This document shows, piece by piece, positions 26,801 through 36,420 of a stretch of DNA of 64,000 nt. Both the position numbers and the translations under genes were made by a program. The DNA comes from Malacoraja senta (lineage: Eukaryota), in assembly GCA_038087875.1 (NCBI GenBank), contig JAXLNO010000182.1:1-64000 (forward strand), written 5' to 3'. Each line of letters opens with the position of its first letter. The first letter of the stretch is position 1. Below the pieces are notes generated by a model. That model saw nothing but the letters and a program-made list of their open reading frames with translations, was not told where the DNA came from and made no database searches.

Positions 26801-29800
26801 CACCATCGTAATGTTTAAGAAACATTTAAACAGGTACATGGATCAGATAGGTTTAGAAGGATATGGTCCAAACACAGGCTGCTGGGACTAGTGTAGATGA
26901 GACATGTTGGTCCGTGGGCAAGTTGGGCCGAAGTGCCTGTTTCCACGCTATATGACTCTGTGAACTGATCTGTTCAGGAGCATCTGTGAAAGGAATGGAC
27001 AAACAGCCCAAAACATTGCTTATCCATTCCCTCCAGAGATGCTGCCTGACCCACTGCATTACTCCAGCACTTTGTGTTTTGATGGAGCACTTGTCTGACT
27101 CCTGCTCCCTTCCCTACACTTCTCATGTTGTGTGATTGGAGAAAACATCGGGCCTTTCAATGAAGGCACAAGAAACTAAGGATGCTGGAACCTTGAGCAA
27201 ATGATCATTGTGATTTTTGGCATGGAATCGGACGAAACAAAATATTACAACAGATCAAATATATAATGGAGTGAAAGGCACAAAAAATAAATATTGACCT
27301 GGTGCTAGATTGTGTCAATATCCCACATACATGACATTGGACCACAACACTAGTTTTTACATTAACTGTTTGGTTTCCCATCTCAACTTTGCTTTGGTGT
27401 GGGACCTTTTAACGGCTCTTCTTACCTTCAGTTTATTTACATCTTCCTCTTCTTCATCCACACTTTTACAGATATCAACCATTTGTTCATTGAGGGACTC
27501 TATTTCTTTCCGTACCATTCCCTGGAACAGAGATATTTGAAAAAAAATCACTTTGCTCTCCTGAAAAAGACAACATTTTAAAAGTCTGTTGTCAATGATC
27601 TGGAAGATCAACCCCAATTATAGTTTGACTCAGCTGGTAGAGCAGCCTCACAGCTCCAGCGATCTCGTTTCAACCTGGTTTGTCCACGTGGCGTTCTCCT
27701 TGTGTGGATTACACCCATTTGCTCGTATTTTTTTCCATGTCCCATAAAACAGGCAATCCGGAATGTTTCCAAAGACTCTAACCAATTTCTACAGATGCAT
27801 CCTAGAAAGCATCGTATTAGAATGCATCACAGCTTGGTTTGGCAACTGCTCTGCCCAAAACTGCAAGAAATTGCAGAAAGTTGTGATGTAGCCCAGTCTA
27901 TCATAAAAACCAGCCTTCCTCTCATCGACTCCATCGATACAACACTTCCTCAGGAAAGCAGCCAACATAATCTAGGACTACTTCCTCCCCAGTCATTCTC
28001 TCTTCTCACCTGTTCCATCAGTCAGAAGATCCAAAATCTTGAAAGTGTGTATGACTTTCAGGAATAGCTTCTCTCCTGCTGTTATCAGACTATTTAACAG
28101 ACTCTTATAAGCTATTGGTGTGGTCCCGATCACCCAATCCATCTTCTTGCAACGTTTACATTTTTATAAAAATCTGCACTTTCTCTCTAACTGCAGCACT
28201 AGACTCAACACTGTTTATTTTTCTCTTTGCACACCTGGTATACATGTCTATGGTTTGATTGTACTCATAAATGGTATGACTTGCTTGGATAGCGGGCTGA
28301 GCAAATTTTTTCACTGTATCTTAGTACCCTTGGGAATACAAAACCAATACCAAGGGTGATTGTGTTCTGTTTGGTAGTTTAAGAGGACACAGTAAATTGC
28401 CCCGAGCATACAGGTGAGCGACTGAATGTGGGTAAAGTCGATGGGAAAGTGGAAGGAATAGATTACAGGGAAAATTATTGGGAAATAAGGTCGCTCTCTA
28501 TGCTGGCGTAGACAGTGGGCTGGAATAGCCTTCACCTATATCACAAGGATAAACAGAATTGGAATTTGGTCGTGGTTCATTATTGTTATGTGTACTGAGA
28601 TGCAGTGAAAATCTTGTGACTGTATTCTGGCTTAAGACAGGATCTTCCAGAAGTACGGTAAATATGACAGGGGAAGAAGCTGTTCCCGAGTCTCGCTTTA
28701 TGGACTTTCAAGCTTCTGTATCTTCCGCCTGATAGGAGCAGGGAGAAGAGGGAATGACCAGGGTGGAAAAGGTCCTAGATTTTGTTGGCTGTTATCCCGC
28801 GGCAACGTAGATGGAGTGTCATAGTCATAGAATCTTGCAGCGTGGAAACAGGCCGTTCAGCCCAGTTTGCCCTCACCAGCACTAGTCGCACCTGCTTGCG
28901 TTTGGCCCATATCCCTCTAAACCTGTCCTATCCATGTACCTGTCTAAATGCTTCTTAAATGTTGCGATAGTACCTGGATCAACGACCTCCTCTGGCAGCT
29001 CATTTCATGCATCTACCAACCATTGTTTGAAAAAGTTCCCCGATTAAATCTTTCCCCCTCACTTTAAACCTATGTCCTCTGGTTCTCGATACCACTACTC
29101 TGGTCACGAGACTCTGTGCATCTACCCAATCTATTCCTCTCATGATATTGTATACCTCTATAAGACCACCCCTCATCCTCCTGCGCTCTGAGGAAAAGTG
29201 TCCTAGCCTGCTCAGATTCTCCCTAAAGTTGAGGCCCTCGAGTCCAGCCAACATCTTCATCAATCTTCTCTGCACCCTTTCCAACTGTGTATGGTGGGGA
29301 ATCTGGTCTGCGTGATGTCCTAGGTGGAATCCACAACTCTCTGCAATTTCTCGCTGCTTCATGCCGAGCTATTCCCAAACCAAGTAGCGATGCGTCCAGA
29401 AATGCTGATTTCTTCAGTGCATCTGTAGAAGTTAGTAAGAACCATTGGAGATATGCTGGATTCCTGAGGAAGTAGAGGCATTGGTGTGCTTTTTTGGCTG
29501 TAGCTTCTGAGTATTTGGTCAAGGACAGAATTTCCATTCATAATTACAATAACAATTAAAAAATGGGTGACGAGGGATGGAAGGGATAATTTAAGAATAT
29601 AAGAAATTGGAGCAGATTTTGATAACATGGCTCCCTGTTTCCTTCACCTGAGAACCACCCACTTCCCTTCCCGATTCTCATGATCCTTGTCTCTCTTCGG
29701 GGCAAATTATCTCTTGAACGTATTTAATGACCTTTACTTAGGTATGTTACAAAACTTACCTTCAGTCGCGCTGTCATTCTGCCACTGGCCGTGTGCGCGA

Positions 29801-32800
29801 TTTTGGCGCCTTTAAGGGGGGGGGGCGGGGTTAAAACGCGGTTTCTCCTCCCTTGTCCTGAATTATATTTCATTGCAGTACAAGCGTTGGCTGACAAATC
29901 GTTCCTAGCTGCGTTTTGTGAATTTTTAATTTTTATTAAATCGTCAATGTCAGCGCTAGAGTAATTTTAAAAGCAGCTCCTGAAGTGTCAACGCCGATAA
30001 CGGGGACGGATTTCACACACGGGACAGGTAAACGAAAGTGGTTTCTTTAAATGTATAAAAGTGCTTCTTAAGAAGCCTTTAATTCACATTTTTTCATGCA
30101 ACACGGTGATTTTATTCCCCGAACTAACGGCAGTATTTTTCATGCCAATACGGGGTTAAATTCACCGCAAATGAACGTTCCAAAAGATCGCGTTCCAGAA
30201 ATCCTCACTCGCAAGATGATTTAAATGCCCATTAATTTATAGGTATTAAACATTCAATTCCTTCCATTTGGCCTGTAAATTCATGAAAATTAGATTTAAA
30301 AATTATGTTATATTGTGAATTATTGTGTGAATGTTATTTGGACACTTAGGCTATTTAAAAATGTTAATCTATTCTTAAGAAATTGATAGATGTTTAGATC
30401 TAGTAATTGAATTTTGTAATTAGCTACAATTAGGTAACTAACTAATTATATGCTTTACTTTCATGTCTTCTAAGTAAGATTGTTTCATATTTGTTTCAAA
30501 ATGCTTCAATCTATAATAACTGAAAATTTCTTTCAGTTCTCTTAATTTTTAAGAAAGTTATGGGCTTTTAACTGTCCTCGATCACAGCTTTTGTGTTAAG
30601 TCAATGGAAAAGCAATAGGGAACAAGATGCTAATTCCCGAGTATGAAAATGGCCATAACTTCTTTAATACTGAAGATATGAAAGTGAATTAGGTGTCAAA
30701 TTAAACTTCTTTTTATGCTTTATCTGATGGGATAAATTGCAGACTTTATTTTTAAAATCTCAAAATTTTGTAACATTGCTTCCACAACTCTCTTTTTTTT
30801 TAAATGTTTTTATTTTCATTTTATTAGAAGTAACTTAAATTGTATACAATCATATTTTCATAATGCATATTATGTACAGCTTCTTATTTTTATAATAAAG
30901 GAGAAAAAGAAAAAGAAGTTAGATAATGAAAAATAGAAAAATGTGAGATATATAGTGTGTGAAAAAGAAAAATAGAGAGTGAAAGAACTCTCTGCAGTAG
31001 ACTATTCCAAAGATTCACCATCCTCAGTGGAGAAGTTTCTCCTCTTCTCCATCTGAAAAGAGGAACTGCTTATTCTTGAATAATGACCCTGTTTTTAGAT
31101 TTTAAATCATCTTATCAACATCTATCTTGCAAATCCCCTTCATAACCTTCCATGTTGCAACAAGGACACATCTCATTCCTCGAAGCAGCAATGAATACAG
31201 ACCAAACCTGCTCAACCATTACTCATATGGCAAACACATCATTGGAGCAATCAAACAAATATGCATTATCTGGGCTGCCTTCAATGCAAGTTATCTTTTC
31301 CTAAAAGGGCCTGTTTCCCTGCTGTATCTCTAAACTAAACTAAACTGCAGAAGTTAGAATCTTGTGTAAAACACTGCTGGAAGAACTCCGCAGGTCAGGC
31401 AGCATCTGGGGAAAGAACTAACAGATGGATTTTCAGGTTGGGTTTGAAGAAGGGTTCAGAATGTTGTCTCTATTAGAGGGCATTACCTATAAGGAGCGGT
31501 TGTTTTCTCCAGAATGCCAGGGGGTGAAGGGAGACCCCATAGATGTTTATAAAATTATCAAAGGCATTGATAGTGTTGACAATCACAGCATTTTCCCCAC
31601 AAAAGGTAGGAAATATCAAAGACTAGAGGCATAACTTTTAGGTGCAAGTTTAATGGAGATGTACAAGGCAGATATGAAAGTGGCTTTTAGGAGATTTTTT
31701 GATGCACACATTAATATATGGGGAAGGACATGGATCATATGCAGCAAGAGATTTGTGGATGTAACCCAGTCCATCACACAGACCACACTCCTCACCATTT
31801 ACTCCATCTATACTTCAAGCTGCCTCGGAAGAGCAGCCAAATTAATTGAGGACCTTTCCAAGCCTGGTCATTCCTTCTGCTCCCTGGTCCTGTCAAGCAG
31901 AAGATTCAGAAGCTTGCAAGAACACACCTTCAGAGTCAGAAACAGCTTCTTCCCTTCTTATTAAACTTCTGAATGGTCCTTTCAAAATCTAGGCAACAGA
32001 CCTGATTTTCTATCCTACCTTATTGCAGGCATTGGTCTTTTTCTGTGGAACTGTTACATTGTTTAGTTTAATTTAGTTTAGTGATACAGCGTGGAAACAG
32101 GCCCTTTGGCCCACCAAGTCCGCACTGATCAGCGATCCCTGTACATCAGCACTATCCTACACAGGAGTGACAATTTACAATTTTTACTGAAGCCAAATTA
32201 ACTTACAAACCTGTACATCTTTGGCATGTGGGAGAATGTACAAACTCATTACAGACAGCACTGATAGTCACGATTGAATCTGGGTCTCTGGCGCTGTGGA
32301 AGTAACTCTACCGCTGTGCCACCATGCCACCCCTGATTGTAATGCTGAGAAACTATATTCTGTACTGGATTTTCCTCGTGTTTGGCTTGATTCTATTCTT
32401 TTACAGTATTACCTGATTTGATTAGATAAGCACGCAAACAAAAGCTTCTCACCGTACCTTGGTCCGTGTGTCAATAATAAACTTAAACCAGCGAGGATTA
32501 GTTATACAGCATCATGGTCAGCACAGATGTTGTGGGTCAAAATGCTTGTTCCTGTGCTCTATTTTCTATGGTCTATGAAACTGTGAGCTGAAGGGTCAGT
32601 TCTTGCCCTGTACTTTTCTATATTCTATAACATTGTGGGCTGAAGGGCCTGCTCTAGTGCTGCATCTTTCTATATCCAACGACACTGGGGGCTGAAAGAT
32701 CTGCTCCTGTGCTGTACTTTCCCGTAGAAAGACACAAAGTGCTGGAGTAACTCAGCGTATCGGGCAGCATCTCTGGAGAACATGGATAGGAAACCAAATC

Positions 32801-35235
32801 AGCAACATCGTAGTAGATTAGGTTTGGGGAGGTGCATGTGAACCTCTCTCTCACTTGGAAAGTCTGTTTGGGTCCCTGGAAGGAGGTGACCTTTCTATAT
32901 TCTGACATAGTGGGTTGTAGGGCCTATTTATGTGCTATATTTTTCTACATTCTATGAGGTATGTGAACCTCTCTCTCACTTGGAAAGTCTGTTTGGGTCT
33001 CTGGAATGAGATAACCTTTCTATATTCTGACATAGTGGGCCGAAGGGCCTGTTCCTGTGCTATACTATATTCTATGACACTGTGGGCCGAAGGGCCTGTT
33101 CCTGTGCTGTACTAAATTCGATGACACTGTGGGCCGAAGGGCCTGTTCCTGTACTGTTCTATATTCTATGACTGTGGGCCGAAGGGCCTGTTCCTGTACT
33201 GTACTATATTCTATGACACTGTGGCTGAAGGGCCTGTTGCTGTACTGCATTTTTTAATAGAAGATAGACACAAAATGCTGGAGTAACTCAGGGAGCATCT
33301 CTGGAGAGAAGAAATGGTTGACGTTTCGGGTCGAGACTACGCAAAAATCACCCATTCCTTCTCTCTGGAGATGCTGCCTGTCCCACTGAGTTACCCCAGC
33401 ATTTGTGTCTATCTTCGGAGTAAACCTGCATCTGCAGTTCCTTCCTACACTGTACTTTTCTGCATTCTGTGACACTGTGGGCCAAAGGGCCTGTTTCTGT
33501 GCAATACTTTACTATATTCTATGACACTGTTAGCAGAATGGCCGGTTCCTGTGCTGTAATGTTTTATGTTCAATGGCACTATTGGCCGAATGGCCTGTTT
33601 CTGTGCTGTACTGTTCTGTATTCTATGACACAATGGGCCAAAGGGATTGTTCCAATGCTGAACTTTACTATAGTAGACACAAAAAGCTGGAGTAACTCAG
33701 CGGGACAGGCAGCATCTCTGGATAATAGGGATAAGAGACCGTATCAGGAACATTATAGTAGATTAGGTTTGGGGAGGTGCATGTGAACCTCTCTCTCGCT
33801 TGGAAAGTCTGTTTGGGTCCCTGGAAGGAGGTGACCTTTCTATATTCTATGACATGTGCTGTAGGGCCTATTTCTGTGCTATATATTTCTACATTCTATG
33901 ATACAGTGGGCCGAAGGGCCTGTTCCTGTGCTGTTCTATATTCTACGACTGTGGGCCGAAGGGCCTGTTCCTGTATTGTAATATATTCTATGACACTGTG
34001 GGCCAAAGGGCCTGTTCCTGTGCTGTTCTATATTCTATGACACTGTGGCTGAAGGGCCTGTTCCTGTACTGCACCTTTTTATAGAAGATCGACACAAAAT
34101 GCTGGAGTAATTCAGTGGGACAGGGAGCATCTCTGGAGGGAAGGAATGGTTCACGTTTCGGGTGAAGACGACACAACACATCACCCATTCCTTCTCTCTA
34201 GCGATACTGCCTGTCCCGCTGAGTTACTCCAGCATCTTGTATCTATCTTTGGATAAAACCAGCATCTGCAATTCCTTTTCTGTGTTCTATGATACTTTGG
34301 GCCACAGGCCCTGTTTCTGTGCTGCACTCTTCTATATTCTCTGACAGTGGGCTGAAGGGCCTGTTCCTGTGCTACACTATTCTACATTCTATGACACTGT
34401 GAGCTGAAGGGCATGTTCATGTGCTGTACTATTCTATATTCTCTAACAGAGTGGGCCGAAGGGCCTGTTCCTGTGCTGCACTATTCAACAGTCCCCAAAC
34501 AGAGTGGGCCGAATGGCCTGTTCCTGTGCTGTAATGTTTTATGTTCTAAGACACTGTGGGCCGAAGGGTTTGTTCCTGTCCTGTACTTTTCTACATTCTG
34601 TGACACTATGGGCTGAACGGCCTGTTCCTGTCCTGTTCGTTTCTACATTATGTGACACTGTGGGCCGAAGGGTTTGTTCCTGTCCTGTGCGTTTCTACAT
34701 TCTGTGACACTGTGAGCCGAAGGGCCTGTTCCTGTCCTGTACTACATGCTGGGTGAGGACTGGGTGGACAGAGAGGTCTGTTTCCACCCTGTGGAAGTTT
34801 ACTGTGAGCGCGGGTTCCTACCTTATAGAGTTCAGCGGCCTCGCCTATCGGGCTGGTGCAGTGGCCCTGGTGATCGCGGGACGTGGCGCAAACCACACAG
34901 ATCGGCCTCCGGTCATCGCTGCAGTAAACCTTCAGCCTCTCGTCGTGCTCCTGGCAGCGAAGCTCCGTCTGAACCACCGCCTCGTCCAGTCTGAGCTTCA
35001 TTACATTCTCCACTATGTTGGACACGAACCGGTTGGGTCTGAGCGTCTTCTCGGGCAGCAGCGCCCGGCACTGCGGACAAGTGATCGTCCCTCGCTCCGA
35101 CTGCCAGTGCCGGACGATGCAGGTCCGGCAGTAATTGTGGCCGCAGTCTATCGTTACAGGATCGACAAAGAAATCCAAGCAGATGGGGCAAAGCGCCTCA
35201 TCTTTCATCGACTGTAGCACGTCTATGCTCGCCAT
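14282..35235 (-). CDS. TRIM gene A (whole spliced CDS span): class IV tripartite-motif E3 ligase, RING-Bbox2-coiled coil-PRY/SPRY, TRIM39/TRIM21-like, 468 aa
   Basis: Six exons with GT-AG boundaries and consistent phases (0,0,0,2,1) join into 1407 nt with no internal stop. Exon sizes of 96, 231 and 23 nt are typical of class IV TRIM genes. Confidence 0.93.
15035..15345 (-). mobile_element. HE1/V-SINE-type tRNA-derived SINE (representative copy)
   Basis: A box TGGCGCAGTGG, B box GGTTCGATCC, V-domain CGTGGGTTTTCTCCG...CCTCCCACA and (CTAAA)n tail. Other copies lie near 2520-2685, 8430-8670, 11760-12028, 15665-15945, 18700-19010, 20082-20370, 32060-32330 and 49935-50232 (minus), and 37485-37900, 48945-49275, 53690-53985, 54310-54680, 62683-62970 and 63918-64000 (plus). 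Confidence 0.85.
16356..16474 (-). CDS. TRIM A exon 5 (linker), 119 nt
   Basis: CACAG|GTGTGAA...AATCCAG|GTAAAT. Encodes CENMQFQRPARVSIDLRQDDISGPFQFNLWKRMLKLINP, with the typical GP.Q...WK.M linker motif. Confidence 0.9.
18653..18675 (-). CDS. TRIM A exon 4 (23-nt micro-exon)
   Basis: TTTCAG|GATATTAAAAATATTCTTGGCCG|GTAAGT. Encodes DIKNILG(R) and matches the paralogous 23-nt exon in gene B. Confidence 0.88.
22754..24382 (-). mobile_element. 5'-truncated L1-clade LINE, young, with poly(A) tail and 19-bp TSD
   Basis: The ORF2 C-terminus is open from the truncation point to the stop at 23087 (FIWD, GGLVLPNF, CDKC...HMFANC zinc knuckle). Poly(T) at 22754-22769. TSD TGCGGAAATAGGCCCTTCC at 22735-22753 and 24383-24401. 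Confidence 0.93.
24383..24675 (-). mobile_element. HE1/V-SINE copy interrupted by the L1 (tail continues at ~22713-22753)
   Basis: The SINE body resumes exactly after the TSD. Confidence 0.85.
24799..25029 (-). CDS. TRIM A exon 3 (coiled coil), 231 nt
   Basis: CATCAG|AAAGAA...ATGCAG|GTATTG. Encodes KESAALQKNIESKFKELHQFLHQEEKELK...EDAEFMQ. Confidence 0.92.
27426..27521 (-). CDS. TRIM A exon 2 (coiled coil), 96 nt
   Basis: TTCCAG|GGAATG...CTGAAG|GTAAGA. Encodes GMVRKEIESLNEQMVDICKSVDEEEEDVNKLK, at the canonical 96-nt size. Confidence 0.9.
29739..30781. mobile_element. ~1.04-kb non-autonomous DNA transposon, hAT-like, copy 1 (TRIM A intron 1)
   Basis: Imperfect TIRs TAGGTATGTTACAAAA ... TTTTGTAACATTGCT. 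Full-length reverse-complement homologue of 39111-40156. No clear TSD. Confidence 0.8.
30794..30985 (-). mobile_element. Short L1-type 3' end insertion with poly(A) and 8-bp TSD
   Basis: TSD AACTCTCT at 30786-30793 and 30986-30993. T-run start and composition resemble the 3' UTR of the L1 at 22754. Confidence 0.6.
32520..34745 (+). repeat. Minisatellite of ~47-50-bp units derived from a CR1/SINE 3' tail, with higher-order duplication
   Basis: Unit GACACTGTGGGCCGAAGGGCCTGTTCCTGTGCTGTACTATATTCTAT repeated more than 20 times. Penelope-derived blocks are duplicated at ~32725-33450 and ~33675-34275. Confidence 0.9.
34822..35235 (-). CDS. TRIM A coding exon 1 (RING C3HC4 + B-box 2), 414 nt
   Basis: MASIDVLQSMKDEALCPICLDFFVDPVTIDCGHNYCRTC...CPQC, B-box CQEHDERLKVYCSDDRRPICVVCATSRDHQGH. 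Donor AAG|GTAGGA. Confidence 0.95.
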
Positions 35236-35267
35236 TGCTGTCGCCCTCTCCGAGTCCCGGACGGTTA

Positions 35268-35279
35268 AGTTTCACTTTC
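35268..35279 (-). promoter_or_regulatory. ISRE / IRF element of TRIM A
   Basis: AGTTTCACTTTC (minus strand GAAAGTGAAACT) matches the ISRE consensus GAAANNGAAACT, 33-44 bp upstream of the ATG. A GAS-like TTCCGGGTA (one mismatch) lies at 35302-35310. Confidence 0.75.
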
Positions 35280-35739
35280 GCTCTGCTGGAAAAGCGGCGA
35301 TTTCCGGGTACATTTCTTTACACAAATCTACAGATTGTAAAGATAGACACAACAATACTGGAGTTACTCAGCGGGTCAGGCAGCCTATTCCTCTTCTCCC
35401 GAGATGTTACCCGACCCGCTGATTTACTCCAGCATGTGGTGGGGAGAGGGACAGGGTAGTGTTTACCACTTTTTGTCATCTCCTTCATTCCTGGGCGTTC
35501 GAGTTGCTGAACCAGGCCGTGATAACTGGTGCCCTCTGCCGCACACCTGTAGAAACTCAAGAGTATTTGTCGATATAGCGATTCTCCTCAATTTGAAAAA
35601 AAACCCCTAAGGGTAAAAAATAAAACATTTAAAATATAGTGTGGGTGGTTGCTGGAGTCTAGGCAAATTGGGGAGAACGAAATTAGATTAGTGTAAATGA
35701 TTGGTACAGATTCACTATATCGCTGGAGGCACAAGCTTG

Positions 35740-36420
35740 AGTGAAATACAAAGTGTAGGCGGAACTCAGAGGAAATAGTAGTGATGTTTTGGATAGGGAT
35801 CTTTCTTCGGGCTAGTAGTAAGGGGGAGGGGGGTAGAGAAAGCTGAAAATAGAGAGAGGTGGGAGCAGGACAAATCCTGGCATGTGATGGGTGGATACAG
35901 GTGAGGGGGAGGGTGTAGATTGGCAGATGGGTGGACAAAGGCAAGAGATGAAAAGTAGACAAAAGGGTGTCAGGGAATATGAGTGAAATGTGAAACCAGA
36001 GAGGGATATGGATGGAAGGGGAAAGGGGGGAAAATGTGGGTCAGGATGGTGGAGTAATGGATGCAAACTGGGAGTGGGGTCACTGGAAATTGAGGGGTGG
36101 GTCCTTAAAACTGGATAATTTAATGTTCATATTGTTGGGTTTTAAGCTGTCAAAATGGAATATGAGGGGCTACTCCTCCAGTTTGCAAATTGCCCCACTC
36201 TGGCAATGGAGGAGGCCCGAGACGGAAAGGTGAGTTTTGGATTGAAGATAGACACAAAATGATGGAGTAACTCATCGGGTCAGGCAGCATCTCTGGAGAA
36301 AAAGAATAGGTGACGTTTCGGGTCGAGGTCAGGTTTGGAATGGGAAAGGGAGTTAAAATGGTTCGCAACAGGGAGATCCAGAAGGCTTTGATGGACCGAG
36401 TGCAGGTGTTCAATGAAGGA
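35740..36420 (-). mobile_element. Decayed Penelope-like 3' fragment
   Basis: Includes CQSGAICKLEE.PLIFH homology to the GIY-YIG tail and the pyrimidine-rich 3' UTR. Confidence 0.6.

Noticed and set aside
32520..34745. CRISPR-like appearance (palindromic repeat with short variable spacers)
   Set aside because: The spacers are homologous to each other, the unit is a retroposon 3' tail, the context is eukaryotic and there are no cas genes.
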